A stretch of DNA of 64,000 nt from assembly GCA_041946735.1 (NCBI GenBank), contig JBHGAY010000010.1, positions 32,001-96,000 of the forward strand. The letters are read 5' to 3'. Of this stretch, positions 1-8,953 are shown piece by piece. Below the pieces are notes generated by a model. That model was not told the DNA's origin, did not search any database, and was given only the letters and a program-made list of their open reading frames with translations. Position 1 is the stretch's first letter, and every line of letters starts with the position of its first letter. Source of the DNA: Candidatus Eiseniibacteriota bacterium (GTDB taxonomy: Bacteria; Eisenbacteria; RBG-16-71-46; CAIMUX01; VGJL01). A program made the position numbers and the translations under genes.

Positions 1-733
1 CATAGGCGGCGGCCACGAGCCACGCCCGCCCCGAGGACAAACCGCCTGCAGGCTCGCGCCGCCCTTCCAGCCGTTCGAGGGCGAGCGCGGCAAAGACCAG
101 GAAGAGCGCCACTCCGACGCCGTAGTACTCCGCGTACCCGGAGTACAGCTGCAAGACGCCACCGGTGACGACCGCGGAGAGCACGAGCAGACGAGCGGCG
201 TCTCCCTCGTCGGATCGCGAAGGCCCGGAAGGTCCCAACCGGATCAGCCGCGCCGAAGCTGCCAGGTAGATCGCGCCGAAGAGAACGCCGAGGGCCGAGA
301 AGGTTGCGTGGGCGGAGAGCCCGAGGGGAGCCGAAACGTGAGCATGGACCGCGCGCACGATGCCTTGAGCGAGGGGCTCCCGGTGGGCGCCGCCTGCGAC
401 GCGCACCCCCTTCTCGAGGGCGGCGAGATAGGTCTGCGTGTCGCCCAGCAGGATGTTGCGCGAGCCGAGCAGGAGCAGGACTCCGAGGAGGAGCGCTCCC
501 AGCGAAGCCGTGGCGGCCCGGGATCGAGAGAGCCGGCACGCGAGAAAGGCGGAGCGGCGCGCTACGGGTGGGAGGAGAACGACGGCGAAGAGAACGATGC
601 CCAGCACGCGGAGCCACGTGGAGCGGTCGGTCAGGGAGTCGAGGCCCCAGAGCCACGGAGACGGCAGGAAGGTTGCGGCTGCCCGCACGAGGAGCAGGCC
701 GATCAGTGCCGCGTAGGCGATCCGGAGGCGCAC
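1..733 (-). CDS. Multi-pass membrane protein, GT-C-like glycosyltransferase candidate (partial, runs off the window start)
   Basis: Not in the ORF track because it has no stop inside the window. Read by hand from GTG 733: VRLRIAYAALIGLLLVRAAATFLPSPWLWGLD...RNILLGDTQTY...HREPLA...LQLYSGYAEYYG. Many hydrophobic helices, with an acidic GD loop after the first helices. Confidence 0.6.
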   Translation of the reverse strand, partial: MRLRIAYAALIGLLLVRAAATFLPSPWLWGLDSLTDRSTWLRVLGIVLFAVVLLPPVARRSAFLACRLSRSRAATASLGALLLGVLLLLGSRNILLGDTQTYLAALEKGVRVAGGAHREPLAQGIVRAVHAHVSAPLGLSAHATFSALGVLFGAIYLAASARLIRLGPSGPSRSDEGDAARLLVLSAVVTGGVLQLYSGYAEYYGVGVALFLVFAALALERLEGRREPAGGLSSGRAWLVAAAY

Positions 734-850
734 GGCGGCGAGTGTAGCCGATCGTCCGCCAGCCTCGGACTCAGACGTCCGGAGAGATCCGAAAAAGGAG
801 GAGCAGGCGGAGCGCCGGGAGGATGATCCGGCGGGGGAGCGGGCGATCGG

Positions 851-1054
851 CTACTCCTTCTTGCCGGCGACCCGCACGCTCACCTGGTACTCGGCGATCG
901 ACCCTCCGTCGATCCGGCCGCGCACCTCCTTCACCTCGAACCAGTAGACCTTTTCGAGCATCCTGCCTGCTTCGGTCACGGCCGCCTGGACCGCCTCCTC
1001 GATCGAGCGAGGGCTGGTCCCGACCAGGTCGGCGAACTGGAAAACTCCTGCCAT
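851..1054 (-). CDS. Dodecin family flavin-binding protein
   Basis: 67 aa: MAGVFQFADLVGTSPRSIEEAVQAAV...WFEVKEVRGRIDGGSIAEYQVSVRV, the classic dodecin pattern. GGAGGAG SD upstream. Confidence 0.9.
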   Translation of the reverse strand: MAGVFQFADLVGTSPRSIEEAVQAAVTEAGRMLEKVYWFEVKEVRGRIDGGSIAEYQVSVRVAGKKE

Positions 1055-1315
1055 CGGTCGCTCCTCCCGCCTGCTGGGCGGCTCTGGGTTCTGACTCTTC
1101 CCCGGCTGCCTCCCCTCTCTGCCGACCGCGCGGCGGGCTATTTGTGGACGGCCCCGGGGAGGGTTGCGGGCGTCCGGGCGCGCGGGCAAGCAGAGAACCC
1201 CAGCATCCGACGAGGGATACGGGACACCCGACAGGCGCAGACGTCGCGACGCCGAAGATAGCATGCGCAGTTTCCGGAGGCTTTTTCTCTTGCGCTGTTC
1301 TTGCGTGCCGTGGAA

Positions 1316-1331
1316 TCATACAAACGTATGA
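1316..1331. promoter_or_regulatory. Putative TetR operator (inverted repeat TCATAC-AAAC-GTATGA) overlapping the tetR start codon
   Basis: Perfect 6-4-6 AT-rich palindrome in otherwise very GC-rich DNA, lying over ATG 1328. Confidence 0.6.
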
Positions 1332-1942
1332 AACAGGAGAAGGCGACCCGGGATGCTCTGATCGACGCCGGAATCCTCGCGTTCGCGCGGCGCGGCTTCG
1401 AGGGGGCATCGATCCGGGAGATCACGAAGGCGGCGGGAGCCAATCTGGGAGCAGTGACCTACCACTTCGGCGGCAAGCAGGAGTTGTATCTCGCGGTCCT
1501 CGAGAGGCTGACCGCGTCCTTCCGCGAGGCGATCGAGGAGGAGCGGTCCCGTCCGATCCCGCCGATCGAGAGGATCGAGTCGGTCGTCCGTCTCCTCTTC
1601 GCCCACCTGTCCTCGCGGCCGGCCGTCGGCGCGCTGCTCCTTCAGGAGCTGTCGGTGGAGCGCCCGATCCCGAGCCCGATCCGAGCGCTCATGGAGACGA
1701 ACGTCGGGACCCTCCAAGGCCTCATTCGTCAGGGCCAGACGGACGGATCGATCGCTGCGGGGGACTCCGAACTGATGGCGCTCAGCGTCGCCGCGCAGCC
1801 GATCTACTACGTGCTCGCCCTCAAGCCGCTTCGCGAGGTGATCGGGATCGACCCCCGCGATCCCGCCGCGTCCGAGCGGATCCTCGATACCATCCTCGCC
1901 CTCGTTCGAAGGAGCCTCGAAGCTCCGGGGAGATCGCGATGA
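1328..1942 (+). CDS. TetR/AcrR family transcriptional regulator (CecR-like)
   Basis: N-terminal HTH: FARRGFEGASIREITKAAGANLGAVTYHFGGKQELY. First gene of the efflux operon. Confidence 0.92.
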   Translation: MKQEKATRDALIDAGILAFARRGFEGASIREITKAAGANLGAVTYHFGGKQELYLAVLERLTASFREAIEEERSRPIPPIERIESVVRLLFAHLSSRPAVGALLLQELSVERPIPSPIRALMETNVGTLQGLIRQGQTDGSIAAGDSELMALSVAAQPIYYVLALKPLREVIGIDPRDPAASERILDTILALVRRSLEAPGRSR

Positions 1943-3513
1943 CCTTTCGTCCTCCTCTCTCGCGGCGCCTATGCGTCGTGACGCTCCTCGCCGGCCTTCC
2001 TTGGGCGGCGCACGCGGTCACGGAGGGTCCCACCGGGCCGCCCCGTGCGCCGTCGGCCGCTGCCGCACCGGCCGCCGCCGCACCGGCCGCTGCCGCACCG
2101 GCCGCCGCCGCACCGGCCGCTGCCCCGCCGGCCGCTGCCCCGCCGGCCGCCGCCCCGCCGGCCGCCGCCCCGCCGGCCGCCGCCGAGCCTCTCGCCCCGG
2201 CCGAGAGAGCTGCCGCCGGCCGGGCGGAAGCCCCGGGCCCCACCAACGTTCTCCGGCCCGCCGACGCGGTGCGACTGGCGCTGACCCACGACCCGTCGAT
2301 CTCGGCGGCGCGCGAGGGGGCGGCCGGCGCTGCCGCCGCAGTGTCGGAAGCGCAAGCGGATGGCTGGCCCTTCCTGCGCCTCGCCGGCGCAGCTACCCGC
2401 TACCAGAAGCCGATGCTCGTCACGCCGATTCACGGCTTGGGTGGCGGGTCTTTGCCTCCGTTCGACCGGACGATCCTCACCGGCTCGGCGACGCTCGGCT
2501 ACCTGCTCTTCGATGGGGGAGGACGAGGCGCCCGCGTCGGCGAAGCGCGACATGCGGAATCCTCTGCTGAGGCGGCCGTGCGCGAGGCGGAGCAGGCGAC
2601 GATCGCGGAGGTGCTCGCCGCCTACCTCGACGCGCGGGCAGCGGGCGAGGCGGTGCAGGCGCACGACCTCCGCATCGAGGCGCTCCGCTCGGAGCGCGAG
2701 CGGGTCTCCCGCCGCCTGATCGAGGGGAAGGCAGCGCGAGTCGAGCTGCTCCGCGCCGAAGCGGCGGTCGCGGCCGCGCAGGCGGACCGCGAGGCTGAGG
2801 CGGCGGGGCTCGAGGTCGCCGAACGGCGCCTGGCGACCTTGATCCAGGAGCCGGTCGATTCAACCCGCTTCTCCCGGCTCATCGCCGTATCGCTTCGCGA
2901 CGGCGGGATCGAGGATCGCAACCGCCTCGTGCAGCGGGCGCTGGACTCCAACGCTTCCGTCGCGCGCCAGCGGGAGGAGGCACGCGCAGCGGGCTCGAGA
3001 CGGGACGCCGTCGCAAGCCGGCGCTGGCCGGAGGTTCGCCTCGCCGGCAACCTGCTGCTCTACAGCAATGCCGAGGATGCGGACGCCGAGGAGTGGAATG
3101 CGGGCGCCCAGCTCAGCGCTCCGCTCTTCACCGGGGGAGCGATCTCGAGCGCGATACGCCGGGCCGAAGCGGGGGAACGGGCGGCTGCCGCGCGCCTGCG
3201 CGCGACCGAGGACCGGGTCCGTAGCGAGATCGATCGCGCGCTGGCCGCTATCGAGGAGACGCAGGCTCGCGTCCGAAGCCTGGAGACCGCGGTCGCGAGC
3301 TACGAGGAGGTCGCGCGGATCGAAGCGCTGTCGCTCGAGGCGGGATCGGCGACGCAGAACGACTACCTGCAGGCCGAAGCGCAGCTTCTTCTCGCCCGAG
3401 CGAACCGCATTCGGGCAGCCAACGCGGAAGTCCAGGCGCGCGTCGCGCTCGCGCGTCTGATCGGCGTTCTCGATCCCGCATGGATCGAGGAGAGCCTGGA
3501 GGCGAACCGATGA
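1939..3513 (+). CDS. TolC family outer-membrane efflux protein
   Basis: ATGA overlap with tetR. Signal peptide, Ala/Pro linker, then OEP repeats (LGYLLFDGG; LSAPLFTGG; ARVALARLIG). Confidence 0.9.
   Translation: MTFRPPLSRRLCVVTLLAGLPWAAHAVTEGPTGPPRAPSAAAAPAAAAPAAAAPAAAAPAAAPPAAAPPAAAPPAAAPPAAAEPLAPAERAAAGRAEAPGPTNVLRPADAVRLALTHDPSISAAREGAAGAAAAVSEAQADGWPFLRLAGAATRYQKPMLVTPIHGLGGGSLPPFDRTILTGSATLGYLLFDGGGRGARVGEARHAESSAEAAVREAEQATIAEVLAAYLDARAAGEAVQAHDLRIEALRSERERVSRRLIEGKAARVELLRAEAAVAAAQADREAEAAGLEVAERRLATLIQEPVDSTRFSRLIAVSLRDGGIEDRNRLVQRALDSNASVARQREEARAAGSRRDAVASRRWPEVRLAGNLLLYSNAEDADAEEWNAGAQLSAPLFTGGAISSAIRRAEAGERAAAARLRATEDRVRSEIDRALAAIEETQARVRSLETAVASYEEVARIEALSLEAGSATQNDYLQAEAQLLLARANRIRAANAEVQARVALARLIGVLDPAWIEESLEANR
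2056..2184 (+). repeat. In-frame 15-bp tandem repeat, 8 units, encoding (AAAAP)4(AAAPP)4
   Basis: GCCGC(T/C)GCC(G/C)C(A/G)CCG units read directly. Confidence 0.95.
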
Positions 3514-4529
3514 ACCATCGAGTCAAGGGCGGACGTCGCGCGCTCCTGCTGGCGCTGCTTCTCGGTCTCGCCGCCGTGGCCGCAGTCCTGTTGTGGGGAC
3601 GTGGCAGAGACGCCGAAGGACTGCGCGCCTCGGGGACGATCGAGGCGACCGAAGCGAGGCTGGGGTTTCCGAGCCCCGGAAGAATCGAAGTGGTGGAAGT
3701 CCGCGAGGGGGAGACGGTCGCCCGGGGGCAGCAGCTCGCCCGTCTGGACCGGCAGGAAGCGCAGGCGCGCCGCGACCAGGCGTTGGCGCAGCTGGAGAGC
3801 GCCCGGGCCGTGCTCGCGGAGCTGGAGTCGGGCAGCCGCCCGGAGGAGATCGCGCAGGCGCGGGCTGCCCGGGCGGCCGCCGTCGAGAAAGCGCGGGACG
3901 CGGAGCGTGACCTCGTGCGGACCCGCTCCCTCGAGGAGGCGGGCGCGACAAGCCGGGAATCGCGCGACAAGGCGGAGCTGGCGGTGGAGGTCGCGAACGC
4001 GCAGCTCCGCACCGCGGAGGAACAGCTCCGGCTCGTCGAGGCCGGACCAAGGAAGGAGCGGATCGACGCGCAACGGGCCGGGGTGGAGCAGGCCGAGGCG
4101 GCCGTCGAAGCGTACGAGGCGGCGCTGCAGAATCTGACGATCGTCGCGCCGTTCGACGGCATCGTGACCGTGCGCGGAGCGGAGGCCGGCGAGATCGTTC
4201 CGGCGGGCGCCGCCGTCCTCACCCTCATGAACCCTGGCGACCGGTGGGTGCGGATCTACGTGCCTGAGACGCGCATCGGCGCGGTGCGGCTCGGCCACCC
4301 CGCGCGCATCACGACCGACACGTTTCCCGACCGGCGTTACACGGGAGAGGTGTCGTTCATCGCGTCGGAGGCGGAGTTTACGCCGAAGTCGGTGCAGACG
4401 AGCGAAGAGAGGGTGCGGTTGGTCTACGCGGTCAAGGTGCGGATCGTCGGCGACGCGGCCAACGAGCTGAAGCCGGGCATGCCTGCAGACGTAGTGCTGC
4501 CGGCGGTCGATGGGGAAGGAGGCCGCTAG
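3510..4529 (+). CDS. HlyD/YbhG family membrane-fusion protein
   Basis: N-terminal TM, ASGTIEA, lipoyl-like halves (VREGETVARGQ; IVAPFDGIV), EAEFTPKSVQT, LKPGMPADV. Confidence 0.93.
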   Translation: MNHRVKGGRRALLLALLLGLAAVAAVLLWGRGRDAEGLRASGTIEATEARLGFPSPGRIEVVEVREGETVARGQQLARLDRQEAQARRDQALAQLESARAVLAELESGSRPEEIAQARAARAAAVEKARDAERDLVRTRSLEEAGATSRESRDKAELAVEVANAQLRTAEEQLRLVEAGPRKERIDAQRAGVEQAEAAVEAYEAALQNLTIVAPFDGIVTVRGAEAGEIVPAGAAVLTLMNPGDRWVRIYVPETRIGAVRLGHPARITTDTFPDRRYTGEVSFIASEAEFTPKSVQTSEERVRLVYAVKVRIVGDAANELKPGMPADVVLPAVDGEGGR

Positions 4530-4530
4530 G

Positions 4531-5514
4531 GTGCCGGATTCCTCCCCGGGGTTCGTTCGCGCCGACTCGCTCACGCGCCGGTTCGGCGACATCCTCGCCG
4601 TGGACCGGCTGTCGTTCTCGGTCGATCGAGGCGAACTCTTCGGTCTCGTCGGCCCCGATGGCGCGGGCAAGACGACCACCCTGCGGATGCTGGCCGGGGT
4701 GCTGCGGCCGACGAGCGGCGAAGCGTGGCTCGACCGGCTGTCGATCGCGCGCGATCCCGAGAAGGGGAAGCAGCGGATCGCATACATGCCGCAGCGTTTC
4801 GGCCTGTATGGCGATCTCACCGTCCTCGAGAATCTCCATTTCTATGCGGACCTCTACCGCGTCCCGCGCCGGGAGCGGCCGGAGCGGCTCGAGCGGCTTT
4901 TCCGCTTCTCGCAGCTCGCTCCGTTCCAGGACCGCCTGGCGGGCCGGCTTTCCGGAGGGATGAAGCAGAAGCTGGCGCTGTCCTGCGCGCTGATCCATCA
5001 GCCGGAGGTCCTGCTGCTCGACGAACCGACCTTCGGAGTCGACCCGGTTTCGCGGCGCGACCTGTGGCTGATCGTCCATGAAATGGTGGCGAGCGGCGTG
5101 ACCGTGATCGCCTCGACCGCCTATCTGGACGAGGCGGAGCGGTTCGACCGGATCGCGCTGCTGCATCACGGGGTCGCGCTCGACGTCGCGGCGCCGGCGG
5201 ATCTGATCGCATCGATCAAAGAGGAGATCCTCGAGGTCCGGGTGGACCGCGTCCGGGAGGCGAAGGCTGCCGTCGAGCGGCTGGCCGGCGTGCGGCGGAC
5301 GACGATCTTCGGCGAGCGGCTGCACGTGACGATGGCGGGGAGAAGCGGCGGTGGGGCGGCGGGCGCCGCGGCGGGCGCCGCCGCCGCCGCGGCCGCAGCG
5401 ATCGAGGGGGCGCTCGAGCAGGCGGGCTTTGCGGTCCAGTCGGTCGGGCGCGTGGAGCCGTCCCTCGAGGACCTCTTCATCGAGCGGGTCTCGGGCGAGG
5501 AGAGCCGCGAATGA
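4531..5514 (+). CDS. ABC transporter ATP-binding protein (YbhF-like half 1)
   Basis: GPDGAGKTT, LSGGMKQKL, LLLDEPT. GTG 4531 follows GAAGGAGG; the ORF track start is 4510. Confidence 0.93.
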   Translation: MPDSSPGFVRADSLTRRFGDILAVDRLSFSVDRGELFGLVGPDGAGKTTTLRMLAGVLRPTSGEAWLDRLSIARDPEKGKQRIAYMPQRFGLYGDLTVLENLHFYADLYRVPRRERPERLERLFRFSQLAPFQDRLAGRLSGGMKQKLALSCALIHQPEVLLLDEPTFGVDPVSRRDLWLIVHEMVASGVTVIASTAYLDEAERFDRIALLHHGVALDVAAPADLIASIKEEILEVRVDRVREAKAAVERLAGVRRTTIFGERLHVTMAGRSGGGAAGAAAGAAAAAAAAIEGALEQAGFAVQSVGRVEPSLEDLFIERVSGEESRE

Positions 5515-6461
5515 GCGGGAACGAGGCGGCCCCGGCGATCGAGGTGCGGGAGCTGACGAAGCGCTACGGCAGGTTCGTCGCGGTCGACCGCGTCAGCTTC
5601 GAGGTGCAGGCGGGGGAGGTCTTCGGCTTCCTCGGTCCGAACGGGGCGGGAAAGACGACGACGATCAAGATGCTCGCCGGGCTGGTGGCACCGAGCGGCG
5701 GGAGCGCGCGAGTGGCGAGCCGCGACGTGCGGCGCGAGACCGAAGCGGTCAAGCGCTCGATCGGCTACATGTCCCAGCTCTTCTCGCTCTACCCCGATCT
5801 CACGGTCGGCGAGAACATCGCGCTCTTCAGCGGACTCTATGGAGTCCCTCACGACCGGCGGGCGCGACGGCGCGACTGGGTGATCTCGATGGCGGGGCTC
5901 GAAGGGAAGGAGGGACGGAGAACCGGAGATCTGCCGCTGGGCTGGAAGCAGCGCCTGGCGCTCGGCTGCGCGATGCTCCACGAGCCGCCGGTCCTCTTTC
6001 TCGACGAGCCGACCTCGGGCGTCGATCCGATCTCGCGCCGGAGCTTCTGGGACCGGATCTACGAGATGGCTGGACGCGGGACGACAGTCCTCGTCTCGAC
6101 CCACTACATGGAGGAGGCGGAGTACTGCCATCGCCTCGCGCTCATGAACCGCGGTCGGCTGGTCGCCGTCGACTCCCCACGATCGCTCCGCGAGGGGATG
6201 CGCGAGCCGATCCTCTCGCTCCGCACGTCGAACAGCGCGGCGGCGATCGAGGCGGTGCAAGGCCTCGAGGGGGTGCTGGAGGCGGGAATGTTCGGCCGCG
6301 CGGTGCACGTGATCGTCGCGCCGGGAGAGACCCCCCGGCTGCGCGGACGGATCACGGAAGCGCTCGCCGCCGCCCGCGTCGAACTGCAGGCGGTCGACGA
6401 GGTCGAGCCGAGCCTCGAGGATCTCTTCATCGCGCGCATCCGCGCGGCGGAGCGGACGTGA
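5511..6461 (+). CDS. ABC transporter ATP-binding protein (YbhF-like half 2)
   Basis: GPNGAGKTT, degenerate signature LPLGWKQRL, LFLDEPTSGVDP. Confidence 0.93.
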   Translation: MSGNEAAPAIEVRELTKRYGRFVAVDRVSFEVQAGEVFGFLGPNGAGKTTTIKMLAGLVAPSGGSARVASRDVRRETEAVKRSIGYMSQLFSLYPDLTVGENIALFSGLYGVPHDRRARRRDWVISMAGLEGKEGRRTGDLPLGWKQRLALGCAMLHEPPVLFLDEPTSGVDPISRRSFWDRIYEMAGRGTTVLVSTHYMEEAEYCHRLALMNRGRLVAVDSPRSLREGMREPILSLRTSNSAAAIEAVQGLEGVLEAGMFGRAVHVIVAPGETPRLRGRITEALAAARVELQAVDEVEPSLEDLFIARIRAAERT

Positions 6462-7660
6462 GCTTGCGGGTCGATCCGGTCCGGCTGGCGGCGATGGCGC
6501 GGAAGGAGGCGATCCAGCTCTCGCGTGACGCGCGCAGCATGATCCTGGCCTTCCTGCTCCCCGTGCTGCTGCTGATCCTCTTCGGCTACGCCATCCAGTG
6601 GGAGGTGGAGTCCGTGCCGGTCGCCGTGCTCGATCAGGACCGGACGGCGCGCAGCCGGGAGCTGGTCGATCTCTTCCGGGCGTCGCGTTCCTTCGTCCTC
6701 CTGGGGCATCTCGAGGATGCTGCGGAGATCGACCCGTTGCTCACGTCGGGGCGCGCCGCGCTGGTCCTCGTGATTCCGCCCGGCTTCGCTGCCGACCTCG
6801 AGACGGGCCGGCCGGCGCCGGTGCAGGCGATCGTCGACGGTTCCGACGCGAACACCGCGTCGATCGTCCTTTCCTACGTTCAAGGGATCACGCAGAGCTA
6901 CGGGCAGCGGGTTCGTCTTGCCGCGCGGGTGCCGGGAGGGGCGGGCGGACCGACGGCCGGAGGAGCGGGCGGAGGAGCGGGTGGGATGCCGGCGAGAGCG
7001 CCGCAGCCGGGGAGCGGGGCGGTCACCGCCGAGACGCGCATCTGGTACAACGAAGAGCTGAGCAGCCGCAACATGATCGTTCCGGGGCTCGTCGCCGTGA
7101 TCATGATGATCATCGCCGCGATCCTCACCTCGCTGACCATCGCTCGCGAGTGGGAGCGCGGCACGATGGAGCAGCTCGCCTCGACGCCCGTCACGCGGCT
7201 CGAGGTGATCGTCGGCAAGCTCCTGCCGTATCTCGCGATCGGGATGATCGACGTCGCGGTCTGCACGATCTTGGGCGTCGCGCTCTTCGGTGTGCCGTTC
7301 CGCGGCAGCCCCTGGCTGCTCGCCGTCCTCTCCTTCTTCTTCCTGGCCGGCGCCCTCGGGCTCGGGATCTTCATCTCTTCGGTCGCGCGCACGCAGCTAC
7401 TCGCCACGCAGATGGCGATGGTCGCGACGTTCATGCCCGCCTATCTCCTCTCGGGATTCATGTTCTCGATCGACGTGATGCCGGCTCCGCTGCGGCTCGT
7501 CACCCTGGTCGTGCCTGCGCGCTACTTCCTGGTCGTCACCCGCGGGATCTTCCTCAAGGGGGTCGGCGTGGATGTGCTGTTCGTGCCGGGACTGTCGATG
7601 GTCGCGTTCATGGCGGCCGGGCTTGCGCTGGCCGTCCGCGGCTTCCGCAAGGAGCTGTGA
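6458..7660 (+). CDS. ABC-2 type permease (YbhS-like)
   Basis: GTGA overlap. RKEAIQLSRD...LLILFGYA, VDGSDAN, AREWERGTMEQL, LSGFMFSI. Confidence 0.92.
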   Translation: MSLRVDPVRLAAMARKEAIQLSRDARSMILAFLLPVLLLILFGYAIQWEVESVPVAVLDQDRTARSRELVDLFRASRSFVLLGHLEDAAEIDPLLTSGRAALVLVIPPGFAADLETGRPAPVQAIVDGSDANTASIVLSYVQGITQSYGQRVRLAARVPGGAGGPTAGGAGGGAGGMPARAPQPGSGAVTAETRIWYNEELSSRNMIVPGLVAVIMMIIAAILTSLTIAREWERGTMEQLASTPVTRLEVIVGKLLPYLAIGMIDVAVCTILGVALFGVPFRGSPWLLAVLSFFFLAGALGLGIFISSVARTQLLATQMAMVATFMPAYLLSGFMFSIDVMPAPLRLVTLVVPARYFLVVTRGIFLKGVGVDVLFVPGLSMVAFMAAGLALAVRGFRKEL

Positions 7661-8901
7661 TGGCGGGAGTGAATGGAACGGAGGAAAGGCGGGCCGCGAC
7701 GCGCCGCGCTCGCTGGTGGCGGCTCTCCGGCCCCTTGCGGTCGGGGACCGTCGAGCGAACCGGGCAAATGGTCCGCAAGGAGCTGCTTCAGACCCTTCGC
7801 GATGCGCGGCTGCGCCGGATGCTCATCCTCGCCCCGCTCGTCCAGCTGATCGTTTTCGGTTACGCCGTTTCGACCGACCTGCGGCAGACGAAGACGATCG
7901 TGGTCGACCAGGACCGGACCAGCGCGTCGCGCGAGCTGATCGAGGCCTTTCAGGCATCCGGGTACTTTCGCGTCGTCGGGTGGTCGGACCGTCCCGGCGC
8001 GATCGTCGAGGCGCTCGACCGCGGCCGCGCCGTCCTCGGATTGCAGATCCCGCCCGGATTCGCTCGCGATGCCGCGCGCGGCGAGGCGAGGGTACAGATC
8101 CTGATCGACGGGACGAACTCGAACACGGCAACCCTCGCGCAGTCCTACGCGATGCGGATCGTCGGCCAGTACGGCGCTTCGATCGCCCGGGGGGGCGGAG
8201 GCGCAGGTGTTCGTGCGCTCGCGACGCCGGGGGTGGGGCAGGCCGCCGTCGCGATCCCCTCGCTCGACCTGCGGGAGCGCGCCTGGTTCAACCCGGGACT
8301 CGTCAGCCGCAACTACAACGTTCCGGCCGTCGCCGGCTTCATCACGCTGCTGTTCTGCCTCCTGCTGACCTCGCTCGCCGTCGTGCGGGAGCGGGAGCTG
8401 GGCACGCTCGAGCAGCTTCGCGTGACGCCGCTTCGCCCTTCGGAGCTGATCGCGGGAAAGACGATCCCATTCGGACTGATCGGCCTGCTCGACCTCGCGC
8501 TCGTGCTCGCCGTCGCGATCCTCTGGTTCGGAATCCCGTTTCGCGGGAGCTTCCTGCTTCTGCTCGGCGGCAGCGTGCTGTTCCTCGTCTCGGCGCTGGG
8601 GATGGGTCTCCTCGTATCGACCCTGGCGAGCACGCAGCAGGAGGCGTTCATGGTCACCTTCCTGATCCTGATGCCGACGATCCTGCTCTCCGGCTTTCTG
8701 TTCCCGGTAAAGAGCATGCCGCTCGTCTTCCAGTGGGCCACGCTCCTGATTCCGTTGCGCCACTACCTCGACGTCGTGCGCGGGGTTTTCTTGAAGGGGG
8801 CGGGATTCCGCGTCCTCTGGCCGCAGCTGCTCGCGCTCGCCGTGATGGGCGTCGCGTTCCTCGGGATCGCGGTCGCCCGCTTTCGCAAGCAGACCGGGTA
8901 G
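7660..8901 (+). CDS. ABC-2 type permease (YbhR-like)
   Basis: TGATG overlap. RKELLQTLRD, IDGTNSN, VRERELGTLEQL, LSGFLFPV. Confidence 0.92.
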   Translation: MAGVNGTEERRAATRRARWWRLSGPLRSGTVERTGQMVRKELLQTLRDARLRRMLILAPLVQLIVFGYAVSTDLRQTKTIVVDQDRTSASRELIEAFQASGYFRVVGWSDRPGAIVEALDRGRAVLGLQIPPGFARDAARGEARVQILIDGTNSNTATLAQSYAMRIVGQYGASIARGGGGAGVRALATPGVGQAAVAIPSLDLRERAWFNPGLVSRNYNVPAVAGFITLLFCLLLTSLAVVRERELGTLEQLRVTPLRPSELIAGKTIPFGLIGLLDLALVLAVAILWFGIPFRGSFLLLLGGSVLFLVSALGMGLLVSTLASTQQEAFMVTFLILMPTILLSGFLFPVKSMPLVFQWATLLIPLRHYLDVVRGVFLKGAGFRVLWPQLLALAVMGVAFLGIAVARFRKQTG

Positions 8902-8953
8902 GCCGGGTGATGCGAGCCCCCGGACGGTCTGGACGGGAGCGTCCGTTGGGCGA

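Noticed and set aside
304..826. Plus-strand ORFs 304..747 and 308..826
   Set aside because: They are antisense to a more convincing membrane-protein frame on the minus strand (733 to the window start).
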